A DNA stretch of 64,000 nt from Zancudomyces culisetae HAW-14-8 (lineage: Eukaryota; Fungi; Kickxellomycota), in the NCBI GenBank assembly GCA_052426225.1, contig JBNJNM010000011.1, forward strand, positions 310,001 through 374,000, given 5' to 3'. The translations under genes and the position numbers were made by a program. Below, piece by piece: positions 58,164 to 64,000 of this stretch (position 1 is its first letter; every line of letters begins with the position of its first letter). Below the pieces are notes generated by a model. It saw only the letters and a list, made by a program, of their open reading frames with translations, was not told the DNA's origin and did not search any database.

Positions 58164-59520
58164 TATTAAAATTACATTGTTGGTTGCAGTACTTCACCAT
58201 TGATCAAACTGCGTGTACTTTTGAAGTAATACAGTTATATTTATCAACTCGTCCAAGCATAATAGACAAAATAAATACAAGAATTACCATTCAACTTACT
58301 TCAACCTCTACTCTACTCTACTATACTCTACTCTAATGCCTGGTAGTAAGCCAACCAAAGTTTGACTGTGCTCCAAATATGACTTAAACATATGTATTTA
58401 CTGTAGTGCTCCTCCCCCCTCCCTCCAACAAAACACAAAAATGTGCGTTCCAAAAGTGGTTTATTAAGTGGCAAAACAGCAAAATCTAAATGTAAGGATC
58501 TAACAGTAATAAATATACATCCAATAATTAATCCTCGTATTCCCCCCCCCCCCCGCCTCTCACCCAGATCTGATACCAAGGATACGGATGTACCAGCTAT
58601 AAATACAATCACTAATGGCAAAACTACAAACGAGTTTGAATGTGCTAAATAAAAGGCACAGGTGATTACTAGGTAACGTTAATGTGCCGTTGTTTAGTGA
58701 TTTAGACACTCAAACAAGTTAAGGTTGCATGTTGGACAGTTTGCAGAAATATTCAGTAAATAGTAATCCAAACACGAAACATGAAATACGTGGCTGCATG
58801 GTATAGAACGGATAGGAACACCCTGTGGAATTGTTTTACTACATAATCCACAATTTATAGTAAAGTTTGGTGCGCCTTTTTCGTAAGTACCATCAGGAGC
58901 ATGTCCGTTCGCTTGTCCATTCTCATGTCCGTTCCTGTTATCATCCAGTCCACCCCAAAAAATGATAGGAAAATGTTCCAGGTCATGTGGAGAGCTAAAC
59001 ATGGGTGGTGTATACTTGGGGAGAGATTCTTCGGCAGCTGTGTTGTTCCGTACTACAGGCATCGCCATGACAGTATGTTGGGTATTGATATTTTCGTCGG
59101 GTACGTAGCTTCCTGGGGGCTGTGTTACTATCATGGTGTTGGTTCTCGCCCTAGTCTTATACCGCGAACGTAAAATTAAATAAACTACTATTATTAGTAA
59201 AGCCACTCCAAGTATGATAAGATACGGGGTCATATTGTTCCCCGAACCTCCACCCGTAATTATAATCCGTCTAGGATTTCCAAATTCTTCAACCATTTCA
59301 AAATTTTATCTGAAAGTATTAATTCTAAACGTCCAATTTTCTTTGTTGAGGAAAAACTTAGGCCTTTTGGGGTCCTTTTATAACAAACGCGGGTACGTCA
59401 ATTCATTTATTTATTTTCTGTCATTTAGCTATCAAAAATAGTGATAAATGAAGCAAAGTAAATGCAAAAAATTAAATCTAGATGAAAATTTGTAATTATC
59501 GCTAATTTACCAATACTTTT
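58164..59520. repeat. segmental direct duplication, unit A (pairs with 61132-62492)
   Basis: Identity starts at tattaaaattacattgttgg, is near-perfect for about 950 nt, resumes around the ATG and upstream region, and fades near aatttaccaatactttt. Confidence 0.92.
58694..59296 (-). CDS. single-TM RING-H2 (ATL/RNF13-like architecture) E3 ubiquitin ligase, copy A
   Basis: TM segment YLIILGVALLIIVVYLIL; RING CGLC...IPCSHVFHVSC...CPTC. Confidence 0.88.
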   Translation of the reverse strand: MVEEFGNPRRIIITGGGSGNNMTPYLIILGVALLIIVVYLILRSRYKTRARTNTMIVTQPPGSYVPDENINTQHTVMAMPVVRNNTAAEESLPKYTPPMFSSPHDLEHFPIIFWGGLDDNRNGHENGQANGHAPDGTYEKGAPNFTINCGLCSKTIPQGVPIRSIPCSHVFHVSCLDYYLLNISANCPTCNLNLFECLNH

Positions 59521-61131
59521 AACCAAAGGAATACACCTATTGATCAGTTTAATTTATTTTTTGTTTTTGAACTGATTTATTTACACCGTAAATAAAAATT
59601 TTTTCAAAGGGGTTTGTAATATTTACATCTACCCAAAAAACATAATTCTTCAAAGTGTCTAAAAAAATATATCTAATACACCCAAAAAATGTTAGAGAGA
59701 AATGAAACAACGATATAGACTATTTCTCGATTTGATTTTCTCCTCCTGGCTCAATAAAAAACCACAAAATTTTGACGATTAACCATTTGCGATTAAATCC
59801 ATTGAAGTGTTTGATACTTGTAGCCTTGACCAATCTTCTCTCAAAGCGTTCCACAGAGGCGGTGATACAGCTTGATCTCATTTAGGTTGGTGTTCGACAG
59901 CAGGCTTTCAGCTTGAGCATGATGAATGTTCCATACTTCTGGTACGTGTGTAACTTTTTTCCCGGATATTTCCCCTTTACACTTAGTTAGCATATCATAT
60001 ATATCCTGTATTTTTACATTGTTTTCACTTTTATTTTCAGTTTGTTTTCATACTTTATCTTCAATAAAGTATTTTATAAGTTTCTGATATCCTATCATAA
60101 GACTACAGTTATATATCATATTTTTATAATTTTCACCGCCCTTCTTACAATAACTATACTGATTGTCACATATATATTTTTCCATTGTTATCACTTCGTA
60201 CTTTTATATCCTTACCTGCTAGTATGCCTCAGTGAATCTGTTAGTTTAGGTTGTATGTTTAAGTTTCGAAGCTGTTTTCAGTTGATTATTTCTATTCTGT
60301 TTATTTGTACTCTCATTTCTTATAGTTTAGTTGAACCTGTCTCTGATTTTGTTCTACAAGATGCACCTCATGATATTGCTGTGCCATTTTAGCTGAGTAA
60401 CCCATTCTTTGTTGTCAATGATAATTAGCCCTCACTTAGATACTCTACCTAAATTTTCATCATTTTCAGCTCCAAAAGGTGTTGTTTTCGATTTTGCTTA
60501 AATAAAATTTCTTTGATTTATTTTCAGTTTCAATTAAATATTTCGATATACCATCATTATATAATTTTTTTACAATTACCGAGGTTGAATACTTTTTTAA
60601 ATCCAATTGCTTCAATAATATATATTTATTTGTAGTGATATATATCGATCAAATTTTAGACAAGATTAACCCTTAGGCTATTTATACCAATAAACTCCCT
60701 ATTTTTAAAGCTCGCGATGTCGCTTTTTTTAAATATAATCATACAAAACTACTAACTTTGACCATAAATAATCCATTTTTGACACTTATGCGTCAATAGT
60801 TTATTAAAAAAAAGCGTCTGAGAGCTCAATTTCACCGCTAATGCACCTGTCTGAATTTATAGTAAAATAAAGTCGATTATCTGCTAGCTCTTATTATATA
60901 TTATTATGATTTTAGTTGTTTTTATGTTATAAATATTTCATTGAAAATGAAAAAAGTTAAAATATTCTAGTACAATTTAACGATTTTATGAAGTTAGTTA
61001 TAGTACCAGAAGGATGGTTTCAGACCCACTCATCCCTTTTCCAAAAAAATGTATAAAAAATAAAATTTAGAATTAGCAAAAAAAGATACTCGTAATTTCG
61101 TTTGGTTTTTGTTCTTTAGTTGCACTATTAC

Positions 61132-62492
61132 TATTAAAATTACATTGTTGGTTGCAGTATTTCACCATTTATCAAACTGCGTGTACTTTTGAAGTAATAC
61201 AGTTATATTTATCAACTCGTCCAAGCATAATAGACAAAATAAATACAAGAATTACCATTCAACTTACTTCAACCTCTACTCTACTCTACTATACTCTACT
61301 CTAATGCCTGGTAGTAAGCCAACCAAAGTTTGACTGTGCTCCAAATATGACTTAAACATATGTATTTACTGTAGTGCTCCTCCCCCCTCCCTCCAACAAA
61401 ACACAAAAATGTGCGTTCCAAAAGTGGTTTATTAAGTGGCAAAACAGCAAAATCTAAATGTAAGGATCTAACAGTAATAAATATACATCCAATAATTAAT
61501 CCTCGTATTCCCCCCCCCCCCGCCTCTCACCCAGATCTGATACCAAGGATACGGATGTACCAGCTATAAATACAATCACTAATGGCAAAACTACAAACGA
61601 GTTTGAATGTGCTAAATAAAAGGCACAGGTGATTACTAGGTAACGTTAATGTGCCGTTGTTTAGTGATTTAGACACTCAAACAAGTTAAGGTTGCATGTT
61701 GGACAGTTTGCAGAAATATTCAGTAAATAGTAATCCAAACACGAAACATGAAATACGTGGCTGCATGGTATAGAACGGATAGGAACACCCTGTGGAATTG
61801 TTTTACTACATAATCCACAATTTATAGTAAAGTTTGGTGCGCCTTTTTCGTAAGTACCATCAGGAGCATGTCCGTTCGCTTGTCCATTCTCATGTCCGTT
61901 CCTGTTATCATCCAGTTCACCCCAAAAAATGATAGGAAAATGTTCCAGGTCATGTGGAGAGTTAAACATGGGTGGTGTATACTTGGGGAGAGATTCTTCA
62001 GCAGCTGTGTTGTTCCGTACTACAGGCATCGCCATGACAGTATGTTGGGTATTGATATTTTCGTCGGGTACGTAGCTTCCTGGAGGTTGTGTTGTTGCAA
62101 TGGCACTAGTTCTCTCCCCAGCTCCAGCAAGTGCACGTACAATAGAAAGAATTACCGCTATCGCTATAACCGCAACAATTATGACAACGACAAGGGTCAT
62201 ACTGTCCCCCGAACCGCTATAATACCTTCTAAACAGTTTAGGATTTCCAAATTCTTCAACCATCTCAAAAATTTATCTGTAAATGTTATTTCTATCTTGT
62301 CCAATTTTCTTTGTTGAGGAAAAACTTAGGCCTTTTGGGGTCCTTTTATAACAAACGCGGGTACGTCAATTCATTTATTTATTTTCTGTCATTTAGCTAT
62401 CAAAAATATTGAAACATGAAGCAAGTTAAATAAAGGCAAAAGATCAAATCTAGATGAAATGATGTAATTTTCTCCAATTTACCAATACTTTT
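61132..62492. repeat. segmental direct duplication, unit B
   Basis: Offset about 2968 nt from unit A; shares the (CTACT)n and poly-C tracts. Confidence 0.92.
61661..62263 (-). CDS. single-TM RING-H2 E3 ubiquitin ligase, copy B
   Basis: TM segment LVVVIIVAVIAIAVILSIV; RING identical to copy A. Confidence 0.88.
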   Translation of the reverse strand: MVEEFGNPKLFRRYYSGSGDSMTLVVVIIVAVIAIAVILSIVRALAGAGERTSAIATTQPPGSYVPDENINTQHTVMAMPVVRNNTAAEESLPKYTPPMFNSPHDLEHFPIIFWGELDDNRNGHENGQANGHAPDGTYEKGAPNFTINCGLCSKTIPQGVPIRSIPCSHVFHVSCLDYYLLNISANCPTCNLNLFECLNH

Positions 62493-63507
62493 TGATCAAT
62501 TTGCAACATTTTGGTCTCATGATTCTTTAAGCAAAATTGCTCAAGAACATCAGTACATCAGAACAACAAATTATCAATGCATAAGGTCCGCCCATTTGCT
62601 AGGCTAATGTTTTTCTAGCTTAGAACCATAGAAAAAAAAAGGGTAAATCTAAAATGGTTTTTAGTTCATTGGTATGTAATTATGCAAATGTTTTATCCAG
62701 CAAATTCTCGCAAATAACACTACAGGACCTAATTGAGATGTTCACGTTTTTTTGTTTTTGTAAGGCCATCTCTAAAAAATATCTGCCAAATAACATGCTT
62801 GGCATCTATAGTTATTCTTACCAAGACAGCACAAGAAAATCACTAGAACGAGTATTAGTATAAATTTGCTGTGTTTATAGAAACGAGTCAGAGGTTTTAG
62901 CGCCATGAGATTGAATCATCATAAAAAAAGTCAAGTGGGCATGTTGGCATGTTGGCTTAGCGTACCAATTTTCCATTTCCCACCTTTGATATTTTACCAA
63001 AAAAAAAGTACCCACATTTTAAAGTGATAATGCAAGACAACAGAGTTTTCTGGTTCTGGGCGCTTTAAAATCACTTGATAATTTTACATGTTATATATTT
63101 TTGCTCGTCTCCATACTGTGCACGTGGGGGAGGGGATCAAACAGAGAGATAAATAGGTATATTTTCAAATAATGTTATATCTCATCTGTTAATATTTGCA
63201 ACTTAAGCGAAAAAAGTGCTTTTAAAAATGGGCAAATATGTGGTTATCACAAGTTCTAGTAATGTAAGGGAACCATATTTCTGGTTTTTAGTTGTATTAA
63301 TCACCAGTAGCCAACTTGAATGAATTGGTAGGTAGTGTGAAGACACGTCGATGGAAAGGTGTAAATTATTGTTCTTTAAAAAAGAAATTACAAATAGTAA
63401 AAACGATAAAAAAAAGTGTATTCAAGTTTAAAGGCTGAGATGGTGATAGTGCTGTGACCATCCAAACTATGTACTAAGATAAATTTTGGAATTTATTTCA
63501 AAAATCT

Positions 63508-63836
63508 TTACAAAAACGATAATGATAAAATCATCAATACCAGTGAGAATGTGTAGAGAGATGGTTTGTTGTTTTTGTGGGCATTCGAGCAGGTACGAAC
63601 CTTATCATTATAAATTACTGTTTTATTTTCGAACTTGCATTCAAATACTGTCAACCCGTCGGTTATAACATTGCAGCGACAATCAGGGTTTCTTCCTAAC
63701 CACTCACGTATTTCTGCAGTGGTGGTTTTTGATACATCGCACACTGAAAGCATGCAAAGATGGTCTAAACTCGGGCAACTTAAAATGTGTGCAGAGGGGC
63801 TATTTCCGCAATCCATTTTTAATAACTTTATAACGT
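63508..63836 (-). CDS. last exon of a Cys-rich, probably GPI-anchored surface protein (5' part uncertain or outside the window)
   Basis: Eight Cys in about 100 aa; hydrophobic C-terminus SLYTFSLVLMILSLSFL*; tag acceptor at 63838-63837. Confidence 0.5.
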
Positions 63837-64000
63837 CTATGCTTTAGTTATTGTGCAAATATTTCGTTCTATGTTTGAAATTATGATATTTTCCTAGATG
63901 AATCAAAAATATTGAGATATGCTCACTAGAGGAAAAGGGTTGAAAAGTAAGTCTTTTAACACGAAGATTCACTGATTATATACTTTTTTTCTACAGTAGC

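Noticed and set aside
58328-58652. ORFs 58328-58621 (-) and 58443-58652 (+) in the duplicated 3' flank
   Set aside because: The reading frame depends on a poly-C tract whose length differs in unit B, where these ORFs are not reported; non-coding.
59795-59960. In-frame TGA near a Cys (LCGTL*) as a possible selenocysteine codon, since some early-diverging fungi use Sec
   Set aside because: Not a CxxU motif, no similarity to selenoprotein families I know, no clear start and no SECIS recognised.

Overview
AT-rich eukaryotic genomic DNA with short GT-AG introns and about 26 protein-coding genes. The gene content looks like an early-diverging fungus: an APSES transcription factor occurs alongside gamma-SNAP, SNAPC3 and iPGM. 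A Harpellales/Zoopagomycota-like insect-gut fungus is my inference, not something the sequence proves. In order: eIF3m, a large secreted Ser/Thr-rich protein, gamma-SNAP, an STK11IP/nischarin-like LRR protein, DCP1, a YAK1/DYRK kinase, a divergent STI1/Hop, an ABCC/MRP transporter, SNAPC3, a membrane-anchored PHP phosphoesterase, TMEM97/EXPERA, a 6-exon universal stress protein and a 5-exon MZM1/LYRM7 (both essentially missed by the ORF track), LENG1/Saf4, Hikeshi/OPI10, StuA-like APSES, a C2H2 zinc-finger factor, MOB1, iPGM, two tandem complex I PSST (NDUFS7) paralogs, two tandem TM-RING-H2 E3 ligases, and a partial Cys-rich GPI-type gene. The most notable observations are: (1) the RING pair, near-identical except for a length-conserved divergent N-terminal/TM cassette; (2) the mosaic PSST pair, with substitutions beside the N2 cluster and quinone pocket; (3) a G-rich 5' to C-rich 3' skew switch inside several genes. 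I recognised no rRNA, tRNA, CRISPR array or intact transposon. All exon structures were derived by hand from frame-preserving GT-AG splices.
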